From the NCBI GenBank assembly GCA_035295545.1, contig DATGIT010000010.1, positions 76,513 to 140,512 of the forward strand: DNA of 64,000 nucleotides, read 5' to 3'. The notes under the pieces are model-generated. The model saw nothing but the letters and a program-made list of their open reading frames with translations, searched no databases and had not been told where the DNA came from. Within the stretch, counting starts at the first letter, position 1. The number at the start of each line of letters is the position of its first letter. The stretch is from Candidatus Binataceae bacterium (GTDB lineage Bacteria > Desulfobacterota > Binatia > Binatales > Binataceae). Made by a program: the position numbers and the translations under genes. Positions 26,922 to 37,155 of this stretch are shown piece by piece.

Positions 26922-28286
26922 TCAGTGCAGATCGGGCGGCGTCATGCGCGCCAGCCATGCGCGATAATCGCCCGTGTAGCCGACCGCGCTCTGGCGCTCG
27001 CGCACGCGGCGCATCAGCGCCGCGAGCTGCTCGACGCCAAGCCGCGGCCGCGACTGCATCGAGTCGGCAATCCGCTCGCCCTGCCGCTCGGCCGTCTTGC
27101 GTGCGCCCGTCGCGAGCGGCACATCATCGTCGGACAGGCCCAGGTAGCTCTCGGCCACGTGGGTGCCGACGAAGGTCCCGCTCTCGAGCGAATCCTTGAT
27201 ATTGCCCTTGCCCGTCAGCACGTTGCCCGCCGCGTACACCGCTGTCGGACCGTTGTCGATGAGCCCGACCGAGGCGTCGATATAGGCATAGACCTCGCCC
27301 TTGGTGGGGATACCCGGAATCTGCTCCGGGATGCTGCCGATGGAGCTGATGAAAAGCGGCGCGCGTACCGGCGCCGCCGAGTTCGGAACGGTTCGCACCT
27401 GGCCGTCGGCGACCTCGGTGCGGCTCACCTGCAGGCCGGCGAGGCGGCCGTCCTCGACGATCAGTCCGGTCGGCACCCGCAGCGGTTCGAATTCGAACAG
27501 GTACTTGCGCTGCGCCTTTTCGAGGATTTTGGCGCGCGCCGCGCGCATCGCCTCGGCCCGCTTGGGCGGCGCATCCGGCGGAATATCCGATAGCGGCATG
27601 TCGAGGACGCGCCGGCGATAGAACAGCCTGCACGGCGCGACGCCGAGGTCCGCGTACTTGAGCCCGCGCGCCTGCAGCACGGGTTCGATGCCTTCGCGCT
27701 CCAGGCGCAGCATCTCCTCTTCGATTCCGCGCCGGCGCAGCGCCGTCAACGCGGTTTCGATCTGCAGCACCTTGACCACGTCGATCGAGGCGAGGCCGCC
27801 GCCGATCACGGCCGCGCCCGGCGGCAGATCGTAGCGCGGCCCGTCGTAGGTTTTTTCCGGATAATGATTGAACCAGTAGATGAGCCGGTTCTGATAGACC
27901 AGCCCGCGATCGATAAAGTCGTCGGCGCCTTCGACCGCCAGCGGCCGATCGCGCCACGCTCCGTGCGCGAGCACCAGGGCGCTCAGTCCCCAACGCTGGC
28001 GCAGGTCATCATAGCTGACGTCGGCGCCCATGCGGGTGAGCGGCACGAACTCGATATTGGGATGATCGAGGCGGCGGTTTATCTCCTCGTATTCGTCGCG
28101 CCGCTGCTTGACGTGCCAGCGTGGCAATCCGTCTTCGATCTTGCCGTAGGGACGCGGGTTCTGTTCGATTACGATCACCAGTGCGCCGCGCGCGGCGAGG
28201 ATGCGCGCGATTTCCGCGCCCGCGGTTGCGGCGCCCACGATCGCGACAGCGTGTCGCGGCGATTCTTTGCTCGTCGGTTCAGCCAT
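26922..28286 (-). CDS. NADPH-dependent FAD oxidoreductase, FprA/adrenodoxin-reductase-like
   Basis: Two dinucleotide-binding motifs (AIVGAATAGAEIARILAARGALVIVIEQ and AAVIGGGLASIDV). Size about 454 aa. Confidence 0.7.
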   Translation of the reverse strand: MAEPTSKESPRHAVAIVGAATAGAEIARILAARGALVIVIEQNPRPYGKIEDGLPRWHVKQRRDEYEEINRRLDHPNIEFVPLTRMGADVSYDDLRQRWGLSALVLAHGAWRDRPLAVEGADDFIDRGLVYQNRLIYWFNHYPEKTYDGPRYDLPPGAAVIGGGLASIDVVKVLQIETALTALRRRGIEEEMLRLEREGIEPVLQARGLKYADLGVAPCRLFYRRRVLDMPLSDIPPDAPPKRAEAMRAARAKILEKAQRKYLFEFEPLRVPTGLIVEDGRLAGLQVSRTEVADGQVRTVPNSAAPVRAPLFISSIGSIPEQIPGIPTKGEVYAYIDASVGLIDNGPTAVYAAGNVLTGKGNIKDSLESGTFVGTHVAESYLGLSDDDVPLATGARKTAERQGERIADSMQSRPRLGVEQLAALMRRVRERQSAVGYTGDYRAWLARMTPPDLH

Positions 28287-28488
28287 GGGGCGTGCATCTT
28301 ACCGTTAGGATGCAGTGTGGTAAAAGAGTTTCGAGCGTCGGCGAGGAATCCGCTATATTTTTGTAACACAACCTCGTCGCGGAGATGAACCCTCGCGATT
28401 CGATCGGCCGGCTGTCTTGCCTGCCGCCGAGGCTCATGGTTTTTTGTCTGCTGTAGGCATTGCGCCCACGCATCGGGAAAAATCTGCA

Positions 28489-29184
28489 ATGAAGGTGAAT
28501 CGTACGGCTGCCGGCAGGTGGGCGATTTGGATCGCCGTGTGCGTGCTCTCTTTGTTTGCCGGCTGTTACGCCGGAGTATGGGGAGAAAAGGAGCATTGGA
28601 GCACCGCCGACACCGCCTTGGGTGAAGAGCATGAGGTCAATTATTCGGCTCACGACGCTTATCTGCTGACTCAGGACGCGCTGCGCGGCGATGGCATTCT
28701 GTACGAGGTCGGACCGGACAACACCTTGCAGACGCTGTGGCGCAATGCCGATTACCAGGTCGGGCTCATGCAGAACCTGATGGGTGTGCAGCCGCGCTAC
28801 CGTTACGAAATTCAGGTCGTCCCCGAGGGCCCAAAAAAAAGCAAAATCGTGGTCAACGTCCACACCGAAGCCATCCCCGACAATCAGATCGCCGACTACA
28901 AGGCGAGCAAGCGCTTCGCGCTCTTCGGCGAAATCGACGAACTGGCCGCCAAATACCCGCCCGCTTCGACGACGCCGGCATCGGGTGGCGTCAATTTCAC
29001 ATTGCTGCCGAATGAAGACCTGAAAGGATTGGCGAAGCGGGTGACCGGCAACGAGGACAACTGGCGTCAGATCGCCAAGGACAACAGCCTGAATTCACCC
29101 ACCGATGTCACGCCCTTCCAGAGCATCTGGGTGGCCAACACCCTGCTCAAAAAGGCGCCCGACAAGGCCGCCTCGACCGACTGA
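28489..29184 (+). CDS. Putative lipoprotein with C-terminal LysM-like domain
   Basis: ATG at 28489 gives the signal MKVNRTAAGRWAIWIAVCVLSLFAGC (lipobox). The C-terminal DLKGLAKRVTGNEDNWRQIAKDNSL...IWVANTLL resembles LysM. Lower GC than surrounding genes. Confidence 0.5.
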   Translation: MKVNRTAAGRWAIWIAVCVLSLFAGCYAGVWGEKEHWSTADTALGEEHEVNYSAHDAYLLTQDALRGDGILYEVGPDNTLQTLWRNADYQVGLMQNLMGVQPRYRYEIQVVPEGPKKSKIVVNVHTEAIPDNQIADYKASKRFALFGEIDELAAKYPPASTTPASGGVNFTLLPNEDLKGLAKRVTGNEDNWRQIAKDNSLNSPTDVTPFQSIWVANTLLKKAPDKAASTD

Positions 29185-29267
29185 GAGCGGCGCTCGAAAG
29201 GTCCGCCTCGATTATGCTCCAGTCGCCGCTTCGGCAGGGGGAAATCGCGTGAAAGTGGAGAAGTGAT

Positions 29268-29621
29268 TCAGTCGCTGGTCTGGATGCCGTCGCCGGCGTC
29301 GTATTCCGGACAGAGGCCGTTTGGGCTGACGGCGGCAACCACCGTCAGGAACTGTTCGAACGTCATCTGCAGGTTGAGAAAGCCGCCCTGGCAGAAAACC
29401 CAGCCGTAATAGTCCAGGATTTCATCTGGGATCATCAGTGGCAGTCGCGGCAGACTCGATACGATCGGGAATCGACGGGGAGCATCCAAACGGGACAGGT
29501 TATCGTCTGCGTGGGAGCTCCCATCGATAATGACGTTGGTCTCGCGCAGAGCCACGAGGTTCGGCTTCCCAACATGGACAGCCGCTGCCCACGTCCCTGA
29601 CTTGCTCGCTGAAGCCACCAT
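29268..29621 (-). CDS. Hypothetical protein (117 aa)
   Basis: Good Shine-Dalgarno (AGGA) 5 nt upstream of the ATG. No recognisable domain. Lower-GC region. Confidence 0.4.
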   Translation of the reverse strand: MVASASKSGTWAAAVHVGKPNLVALRETNVIIDGSSHADDNLSRLDAPRRFPIVSSLPRLPLMIPDEILDYYGWVFCQGGFLNLQMTFEQFLTVVAAVSPNGLCPEYDAGDGIQTSD

Positions 29622-29738
29622 GTCATCCTATGCAGGTTTTGGCCGCTTGCCAAGGGTATCGGCCGAGTGCCGCCGTCTTATAACCAATCAGGACGTCAAT
29701 TGAAAATCGCGCGTCGGAGGCTAAATAGCTGAAAAATA

Positions 29739-30524
29739 ATGATTTCACATCTTCATGCAATCATCCTGGGAGCTGTGCAGGGACTTGCAGAGTTCCTCCC
29801 GATCTCAAGTTCTGCCCATCTCGTGTTCGTACCCTGGCTATTCGGATGGGAAGACCCCGGGCTGGCCTTCGATGTGGCGTTACATCTGGGCACGCTGCTC
29901 GCGCTGCTCATCTACTACCGCAGAGAATGGCTTGCGATGGCGCAGTCGCTGGTGGCGGGCGAGCCCAATCAGCGCCGGCTGCTTCTGCTACTGATAACGG
30001 CCTCGATCCCCGGCGCGATAATCGGTCTTGCCTTCGAGAAGCAGGCCGAAACCACCTTCCGTTCGCCGCTGCTGATTGCGGTCGCATTAGCGGCGCTTGC
30101 AGTTCTGCTGTGGCTTTTCGATAAAATTTCGCCACAGAAGCGATCTATGAGCGAAATGACGTTCTGGGACGCTCTGGCGATCGGACTCAGCCAGGCGTTG
30201 GCAATCGTCCCCGGAGTTTCCCGCTCCGGCGCCACGATCACGATGGCGCGCGCGATGCGGGTCGAGCGCGGCGACGCGGCGAATTTCTCCTTCCTGATGG
30301 CGACGCCGATCATAGCGGGAGCGGGCCTGGTCGAGGCGCGCAAGCTCGTGCACGAGGGGATAGATTGGTCGGTCGGGCTGGGCTTCATTTCCGCAGCAGT
30401 TTTCGGCCTGCTCGCGATCGCGGTGCTCATCAGATATGTGCGGACGCGCGACTATGTCGTGTTCGCGGTCTATCGGCTTGTGGTCGCTGCGCTGGTGATC
30501 GCCGTCTTTTTCATCCGTGGATGA
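29739..30524 (+). CDS. uppP: Undecaprenyl-diphosphate phosphatase
   Basis: BacA family motifs (GAVQGLAEFLPISSSAHL; GVSRSGATI). 8 TM helices. Confidence 0.85.
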   Translation: MISHLHAIILGAVQGLAEFLPISSSAHLVFVPWLFGWEDPGLAFDVALHLGTLLALLIYYRREWLAMAQSLVAGEPNQRRLLLLLITASIPGAIIGLAFEKQAETTFRSPLLIAVALAALAVLLWLFDKISPQKRSMSEMTFWDALAIGLSQALAIVPGVSRSGATITMARAMRVERGDAANFSFLMATPIIAGAGLVEARKLVHEGIDWSVGLGFISAAVFGLLAIAVLIRYVRTRDYVVFAVYRLVVAALVIAVFFIRG

Positions 30525-31488
30525 TTCCGCCGCCCGGGATGGGCGCGTGAGTTCGCGCGCGACGGGGATCGCGATGGCTGCGCTGTGCATGGTGACGGCC
30601 GCGACGCAGCCCGCCCTGATGCGCTTCGGCGCGACCCGGCTCGATCCGATGCTGTTCGCGGCCGGATGCGCGACCGTCGCGGCGCTGTGCGTTCTGCCGG
30701 TGGTCTGCGCGCGCGGCGAGCTCGGGCTGCTGGTGAGCTCGCGTTACCTGCCACGCCTGCTGCTGGTTTCCACACTGGGCACGATTTTGACGACGCTGAT
30801 GCTCGTATTCGGTCTTCGGCGGATCGACGCCGTCGCCGGCACGCTGCTGCTGCAGAGCGAGCCGGTATATTCGTTGATGCTGGCGACGCTGTTCCTGGGC
30901 GAGCGCCCCAGGCCGCGCCAGCTCGCCGCCACCGCGATCGTCGTGACCGGAATCGTTTCGGCCGTCGGCGCGTCGCACGGCGCCTACTCTCCGGCATGGG
31001 CGGCGATGCTGGTGCTGGCGACGCCGCTGCTCTGGCAAACCTCCCACGTACTGTCGCTGCCGGTGATGCCGCCGCTGTCGGCGGTTTGCATGACCGGCGC
31101 CCGCTACGGCTATGCCGCGATTGTGCTCGTCGCGGTGCTTGTCGCCGCGCGCCCGGCTGCGCTGCTGCAGCTTCGCGATCCGACGGCGCTTGCGACCATC
31201 ATCGCCACCGGCGTTGTGTGTTATTTCCTCGCGACCCTGACCTGGTATGCGGCCATCAGCCGGCTGTCGCTGGCCTGGACTACCGCGCTGGTGATTCCCG
31301 GCATTCCGCTGCTCTCGCTGGTGTGCGCGATCGTGTTTCTGGGCGAGCATGCCACGATCCGCGACCTGATTGGAATTCTGCTCGCCATCTCGGGCGTGCT
31401 GCTGCTGGTGCTCGGCGGCGAGGGCGTGCGCAAGACCCCGACTGCCGTAGACGGAATGGCCGAGGCAATTCATCAGCCGATGAATTAG
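30517..31488 (+). CDS. EamA/DMT-family transporter
   Basis: Ten hydrophobic helices in two EamA-like halves. Start is uncertain; an internal Met is possible. Confidence 0.7.
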   Translation: MDDSAARDGRVSSRATGIAMAALCMVTAATQPALMRFGATRLDPMLFAAGCATVAALCVLPVVCARGELGLLVSSRYLPRLLLVSTLGTILTTLMLVFGLRRIDAVAGTLLLQSEPVYSLMLATLFLGERPRPRQLAATAIVVTGIVSAVGASHGAYSPAWAAMLVLATPLLWQTSHVLSLPVMPPLSAVCMTGARYGYAAIVLVAVLVAARPAALLQLRDPTALATIIATGVVCYFLATLTWYAAISRLSLAWTTALVIPGIPLLSLVCAIVFLGEHATIRDLIGILLAISGVLLLVLGGEGVRKTPTAVDGMAEAIHQPMN

Positions 31489-31620
31489 CCCTTCTCGCGG
31501 CCGAATAGGCATTGGCCGGCGGTCCGGTTTGACTAAGCCTCGAGGCTGGATTTAAGTGGCTCTGAATTCGCGACAGGCGCCCTCACTGCGCGCCCCGCGT
31601 TACAGTAAGGAGCATCGACG

Positions 31621-31824
31621 ATGGCTCGATTGGTCGAACACGAGCGCAACACGCCGTACGAAATTCCCGAGGGAACCGAGCTGCCCGTGTACATCTGCGC
31701 GTGCGGTCTTTCGAAAAACAAGCCCTTCTGCGATGGCTCGCACAAGCGAACCCGCGACGAAGAAAGCGGCGCGCTCTACTGCTATGATGACAAGGCTCGG
31801 ATAAAGATGGAAAAGAACTACTGA
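31621..31824 (+). CDS. CDGSH iron-sulfur domain protein (mitoNEET-like)
   Basis: [16 protein letters not shown] matches the C-x-C-x2-S-x3-P-x-CDGSH 2Fe-2S signature. 67 aa. Confidence 0.75.
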   Translation: MARLVEHERNTPYEIPEGTELPVYICACGLSKNKPFCDGSHKRTRDEESGALYCYDDKARIKMEKNY

Positions 31825-31998
31825 GCCGAAGATTGGCTGGCCGAGTCTACGCAACCGGTTCACGCTCACGCCGCGCCGGGACGAATGCTCGGAACGCTCT
31901 CGGCTGACGGCGCAAGGCGCGCTCGCGCCGCAGCAGCAATCGGACAGCTTTAGCAGTCATCGGCTCGTCCGATGCTTCCGGTCCGTTGAATCTGTATC

Positions 31999-33864
31999 TT
32001 GTTTGAGATGAATGACGGTGCGCCGGGTGCTGCGCGAGCCCCGCTGGATTCCGAGGCTTTAGCCGCACCCGCTGCGGCACCTGACCCAGAGCTCAACGGA
32101 GCACCCTCGGGTCTGGCGTGGTTCAGCGATCTGGCCGAGCCGCCGCTCTCTTTCCTGGTCCTGACCCTGGTCGGCTCCGCGCTTTTTCTGGTCAATTTAG
32201 GCGGTTATCCGCTCTACACGAAGGGTGAGCCGCGTGAAGCCGTAACAATCTTCAATATGCTTCACGGCGGCGGCTTTATCCTGCCGTTGCGCGCCGGCAT
32301 TGAGGTCCCGTCCAAGCCGCTGCTGATGCATTGGTTGGCCGCGATCATCTCGGTCGTGGCGGGCAGGGTGAGCGAATGGACTGTCAGGATGCCGTCGGCG
32401 CTGTTCGCAATCGGCGGGATGTTGGTTGCCTATCAGTACCTGCGTCGCCTGTATGACAATCGGATCGGGTTCCTCGCTGCGCTTATTCTCGGCACCTCGG
32501 TTCAGTATCTGCAGGCTGGCACGGGTGCACGCGTCGATATGACGCTCACCTTCTTTCTCGAGGTGGCGTTTTGCGAGTTCATCCTGATTGCCGAAGGGCT
32601 GACCGCACGCCGGCTGACGCTTTACTTCGCGGTGGCGATGGCGGTGCTCAGCAAAGGGCCGGTGGGGATATTGCTGCCGGGCCTGGTCGCGTTTGCGTGG
32701 ATCGCGTTCCAGGGACGATGGAGCATGCTGCGCGAACTGCACCTGGTGCGCGGCGCGGCGATCGTGCTGCTGCTGGCCGGCGGATGGTACCTGGCGGCGG
32801 CGCTCAAGGGCGGGATGCCCTTCGTGCACAAGCAGCTCCTGGCCGAGAATCTGTTTCGTTTCGTGCACGACGGGGCGTTTCGCGAGGGCCACGTGCATCC
32901 TTTCTATTACATGGAGGCGGCGTTGCTGATGGGCTTCATGCCGTGGACGCCGCTGCTGCTGATCGTTTTCGTTCAGGCGGCGCGCCGGCCGCGACCGATC
33001 GATTCGCGGCTGGCCTATCTGATGGTGTGGTTCATGGTCGTGCTGATCTTCTACAACCTGCCGCAGAGCAAGCGTGGCGTCTATCTCCTCGCGCTCTATC
33101 CGGCGCTGGCGGCATTGCTGGCGATCTATGTTGAGGCTGCGGCGCGCGTGCTCGACGTTTCGGGCCGCGCGATTCGATGGCTGGCGCATGGCGCGGCCGT
33201 GATCTTCGTGGTTGCCGGCGTGGACGGCCTGCTGGGCCTGGGGATGCTCGCCTTTGCCGAGCACGCGCTCGAGCTGCTACTGCGCAGCCTGCTGGTCGCA
33301 AACTATGACTTTGTTCCGCAACTGGTGCTGGCCGTCGCCGCGCATCCGTTTGTCGCAATGGAGCTGGGAGTCGCGTTGATTGCGGTGGGAGTCCTGAGCA
33401 CGCACGGACGGCAGACCGCCGAGCGGCTGTGCATGACGATTATCGGCGCAACGATCTGTCTTGCGCTGATCGCGAACCTTTTCGTGGTGCCGGCGCTGGC
33501 CAATGCGCTCACGCTCGCGCCGTTCACGCGCGAGGCGATGAACATCGTCGGCACGCACAGCGTCGGCTACATGGGGGCGCTTAACTACGACGTCGCATTC
33601 TATGCCGAGCGCAATCTGCCGGTCGTTTCGATCTGGGGCGGCCCGCGCCCTGATTACCTCATTGCCTGGCGCGAGGAATTCATGCGGCTTCCGGCGGCGG
33701 TCCGCGAGCAGTTTCGGGCAGTTCTGGTAAGTCATCCGACCGAAGTTGACGGCTCCGGAGGGATGTTGCTGCTGCGCTGCGAGCCGGGCCACGGGGCGCA
33801 GGCGCCCGAAGCGCCCGATGCCGCGCCACGCCGTGGAAAGGAGCCTCCGCGGTTCGACGTTTAG
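31999..33864 (+). CDS. Glycosyltransferase family 39/83 (ArnT/PMT-like) membrane protein
   Basis: N-terminal GT-C fold with extracytoplasmic loop motif (YTKGEPREAVTIFNMLHGG...PSKPLLMHW) and more than 12 TM helices. Confidence 0.75.
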   Translation: MFEMNDGAPGAARAPLDSEALAAPAAAPDPELNGAPSGLAWFSDLAEPPLSFLVLTLVGSALFLVNLGGYPLYTKGEPREAVTIFNMLHGGGFILPLRAGIEVPSKPLLMHWLAAIISVVAGRVSEWTVRMPSALFAIGGMLVAYQYLRRLYDNRIGFLAALILGTSVQYLQAGTGARVDMTLTFFLEVAFCEFILIAEGLTARRLTLYFAVAMAVLSKGPVGILLPGLVAFAWIAFQGRWSMLRELHLVRGAAIVLLLAGGWYLAAALKGGMPFVHKQLLAENLFRFVHDGAFREGHVHPFYYMEAALLMGFMPWTPLLLIVFVQAARRPRPIDSRLAYLMVWFMVVLIFYNLPQSKRGVYLLALYPALAALLAIYVEAAARVLDVSGRAIRWLAHGAAVIFVVAGVDGLLGLGMLAFAEHALELLLRSLLVANYDFVPQLVLAVAAHPFVAMELGVALIAVGVLSTHGRQTAERLCMTIIGATICLALIANLFVVPALANALTLAPFTREAMNIVGTHSVGYMGALNYDVAFYAERNLPVVSIWGGPRPDYLIAWREEFMRLPAAVREQFRAVLVSHPTEVDGSGGMLLLRCEPGHGAQAPEAPDAAPRRGKEPPRFDV

Positions 33865-34113
33865 CGGCCAAAGAGAAAGGCACGTGAGAGCCTGAGAAAA
33901 CCTGCGCTGTAGTTTCGCGCCCGCAGTCGCGATCAGCGTGACACGCGGCTGTGCACCGGTTTTAGGTTCAGCTCCGGTTCAGCCGCAGGATGTACATTCG
34001 TCCCGCCCGAGAATAGAATAAATCCTGCTCGTCTTCGGATACGGTCCATCCCAGACCACCACGGGGTTGCCTGCTGGGACAATCCGAACTGCTGTGAGTC
34101 GCAAGGAGGTCGG

Positions 34114-34395
34114 GTGATGCCCAAGGTGTATGTCGGTAATCTTGCCAGTTCGGTTACCAGCGGTGACCTCCTGGAGCATTTTTCGCGCGCCGGAGAAGTC
34201 CTGGGAGCGCTGGCGGTCACGGATAAGGCATCCGGCATGTGCCGCGGGTTCGGCTTTGTCGAGATGGCCGAACCCTCTGATGTTGCACTCGCGTTCAGCC
34301 TGCTGAACAACACGCCCCTCAACGGACAACTGATAAAGATTGAACCTCATCCCGCGCTGCGCAACGGCAAAGCGCGCAAGGGTGCGGTCGCCTGA
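34114..34395 (+). CDS. RRM-domain RNA-binding protein
   Basis: RNP-2 (VYVGNL) and RNP-1 (RGFGFVEM) motifs. 93 aa. Strong SD (AGGAGG). Confidence 0.8.
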   Translation: MMPKVYVGNLASSVTSGDLLEHFSRAGEVLGALAVTDKASGMCRGFGFVEMAEPSDVALAFSLLNNTPLNGQLIKIEPHPALRNGKARKGAVA

Positions 34396-34440
34396 CAGCG
34401 GATCCACACAAGGCCGTGAAAAGCGCGGCGGGAGAACTCA

Positions 34441-34719
34441 ATGCCGGAGACCAAATGGGCGACGCACGACTTCGCGGTCAAGATGCTCGACTGGTCCGCG
34501 GCGCGCGGCTCGCGACTGGCGTATAGCTGCCGCAGGTGCGGGCGCATGTTCTGTCTCTTCTCGCTGGTGAGTCGCGATGCGTGGGCAATCGACGGGAAGG
34601 GGCGGCCGCTCGACAGCTTGATCAGCAACCGCTGGCTGGCTGAAGCGTGCCCCCGTTCTTTCAGCGCCAACGATGACGAGGATCGAAAGCGATTGTCTGC
34701 GTCCGGGCCGCGCTCCTAG
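34441..34719 (+). CDS. Small hypothetical protein with CxxC motif
   Basis: 92-aa ORF (YSCRRCGRMFCLF) downstream of the RRM gene. No other support. Confidence 0.3.
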   Translation: MPETKWATHDFAVKMLDWSAARGSRLAYSCRRCGRMFCLFSLVSRDAWAIDGKGRPLDSLISNRWLAEACPRSFSANDDEDRKRLSASGPRS

Positions 34720-34989
34720 CTTTTATAATCCTCAGCGAAGGATGGCGCCCCTCATTGGTCTCGGCGGGACATTAGAGCAATCGCTTCCTAACGACATCGA
34801 TCACCGGGCAGTTGGTTGCCGTTTGTAGCATGGCGCTTGATTGTCGGGACACTTATATATAGCGTTCTTGCAAGCCAATCGTTGGCTTAAGCGCGTGGGT
34901 TCACGCGCCATCACCTTTCAAATCCCTCAGAACCTTTCGTTCGGCTCATCGCCCGACCTGAATCCACTGGCTCTGAAAATGGAGTCCCC

Positions 34990-36246
34990 TTGTCCTTTTC
35001 TGAATTGTCCCTGTCTCCCGCAATCCTGGAGTCGGTGCGCCGCCGCGGCCATCAGCGGCCCGCGCCAATCCAGTCCGCCGCCATACCGGTGGTGCTCTCA
35101 GGCCGCGATTTGATAGCCACCGCAGCCACCGGCAGCGGAAAAACCGCAGCCTTTCTGTTGCCGATCCTCGACCGCCTCCATCGCAATCCTGCTCGCGCAA
35201 TAAGCGCCTTGCTGCTCGCGCCGACCCGCGAACTCGCTTCTCAGATCGCGCGCGAATTCGAGCTTCTTTCCGTCAGTGCTCGCGTGCGCGCGGTCGTGAT
35301 CGTCGGCGGCGAATCGATGGATCGGCAAATTCGCGAGATAAGGAGCGGCGTGCAGGTCGTGGTCGCGTGTCCGGGCCGCCTCGTCGATCATCTCGAACGC
35401 GGCACCATCAAGCTCGACCAGGTCGAAGTGCTGGTCATCGATGAAGCGGACCGGATGCTCGACATGGGCTTCCTTCCGCAACTGCGCCGGGTGCTGCGCG
35501 CGGTCAGGAAGCCGCGGCAGAGCCTGATGTTCTCGGCGACGATGGACCGCGAAGTCGAGCGCGTCGCGCGCGAGTTTCTGAGCGATCCGGTGCGCGTGCG
35601 CATGAACGACACGGCGACGCCTCCCAAGGCCATCCGCCAGGCGGTCTATCCGGTGACCCCGGAGAACAAGGCGCAGACCCTGTTGGGTTTGCTTCGCCGC
35701 GGCGACGTCGCCTCGGCGATCGTCTTCGCGCGAACGCGCAGCCGGGCGGACAGGGTGACAAAGCTGCTGGCACGAAACCGCGTCAGTGTGGTGGCGATTC
35801 ATGGGGGCCGGTCCCAGAATCAGCGCAATGCCGCGCTGGCCGGTTTTCGCAGCGGCCACTATGCAGTGCTGGTTGCGACCGATATCGCCGCGCGCGGCCT
35901 CGATATCCCCGGCGTTTCGCACGTGGTCAATTTCGACCTGCCTGAGACGCCCGATGCCTATGTCCATCGAATCGGCAGAACGGCCAGGATGGGCAAGTCG
36001 GGCGAGGCTGTGAGCCTGGCGGCACCGGAGGATGCGGGCGCGCTGCGCGGGATCGAGCGCAGCCTGGGAGTCAGGCTCGAGCGCGCGAGCATGAGCGGAA
36101 TTGCGATGCCGGTTCTCGCCGGCGCGTCCGAGCCGGCGGCCCGCCAATCGATAGCATCCCATCCCTGCGGGGGCGCCCACCGGAAGAACTCCGGCTCCAT
36201 CACTCCAAAGGAAAGGAGTTCATCCGGATGGAGACGCCGCGCCTGA
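34990..36246 (+). CDS. DEAD-box ATP-dependent RNA helicase
   Basis: Q-motif (GHQRPAPIQ), motif I (ATGSGKTAAF), DEAD (VIDEADRMLDMGF), SAT, and motif VI (HRIGRTAR). TTG start. Long AT-richer 5' leader. Confidence 0.9.
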   Translation: MSFSELSLSPAILESVRRRGHQRPAPIQSAAIPVVLSGRDLIATAATGSGKTAAFLLPILDRLHRNPARAISALLLAPTRELASQIAREFELLSVSARVRAVVIVGGESMDRQIREIRSGVQVVVACPGRLVDHLERGTIKLDQVEVLVIDEADRMLDMGFLPQLRRVLRAVRKPRQSLMFSATMDREVERVAREFLSDPVRVRMNDTATPPKAIRQAVYPVTPENKAQTLLGLLRRGDVASAIVFARTRSRADRVTKLLARNRVSVVAIHGGRSQNQRNAALAGFRSGHYAVLVATDIAARGLDIPGVSHVVNFDLPETPDAYVHRIGRTARMGKSGEAVSLAAPEDAGALRGIERSLGVRLERASMSGIAMPVLAGASEPAARQSIASHPCGGAHRKNSGSITPKERSSSGWRRRA

Positions 36247-37115
36247 TGTTCCGCGAGATCGAATCGCCGGCGAACAGTCGCCGCATCTCGGCTCCCGCAT
36301 CCGAGTGGCCGTGGTGGCGGACCACCCGGCAGGACTGGATGATTCTGCCCTGGGTGATTCTGATTCACGCCACCGCGCTTGCCGGTCTGATTATGTTCCC
36401 GCTGCCGGGTTGGCATATCGTACTGGGCGCGGCGGCAATCGCATGGCTGGGCGGAATCGGCACCACCGTCGGCTATCATCGCGCGATCGCTCATCGCGCC
36501 CTGCGGCCGCATCCTGCAGTTCGTTCGATATTGATCTTTTTCGCGATGTTCAACGGGTCAGGCGCGCCCAGCACGTGGGCGGCAAGCCATCGCGTGCATC
36601 ATGCGAATGCGGACACGCTCGACGACGTGTCGAGTCCCGCGCTGCACGGATTCTGGTGGGCTCATCTGCGATGGTTGTGGCAGGTGGAACCGCCTTCAGT
36701 GGAGCGCTACTGCCCCGATCTGGATCGTGTTTCATATCGAATCTGGCGTCATCTCCAGCCCGCGATCCTGACGCTGTCCTACTTCGGCGGACTGTATTTC
36801 GGTCTCGCGGCATTCTTCTGGGTGGGCGCCATCCGTCTGGTGTTTTCGCTTCACGCCCAATGCTTCGTGAACAGCGTCTGTCATAGCCGCCCCGATACTC
36901 CGTTTGGAGAGGATTCGAGCCGCAACGTGAGATGGCTCGCCGTTATGCATTTCTTCCAGGGCGAGAACTGGCATCGCAATCATCACGCTCGTCCGGGCAT
37001 CGCGCGGCTGGGATGGGCCTGGCATCAGCCGGACGTCGGCTACGCGGTGATTTGTGTGCTCGAGATGCTCGGTATGGTCAGCGAGGTTCGACGGATCCGG
37101 CCGGTCCGGCCCTGA
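36228..37115 (+). CDS. Membrane acyl-CoA/acyl-lipid delta-9 desaturase (stearoyl-CoA desaturase family)
   Basis: Three His boxes (HRAIAHRA, HRVHHANAD, HNHHARP) and four TM helices. Confidence 0.8.
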   Translation: METPRLMFREIESPANSRRISAPASEWPWWRTTRQDWMILPWVILIHATALAGLIMFPLPGWHIVLGAAAIAWLGGIGTTVGYHRAIAHRALRPHPAVRSILIFFAMFNGSGAPSTWAASHRVHHANADTLDDVSSPALHGFWWAHLRWLWQVEPPSVERYCPDLDRVSYRIWRHLQPAILTLSYFGGLYFGLAAFFWVGAIRLVFSLHAQCFVNSVCHSRPDTPFGEDSSRNVRWLAVMHFFQGENWHRNHHARPGIARLGWAWHQPDVGYAVICVLEMLGMVSEVRRIRPVRP

Positions 37116-37155
37116 GGAGCAGTTTGCGGCCGAAGACCGGGAAGCAGGCCTGCAA

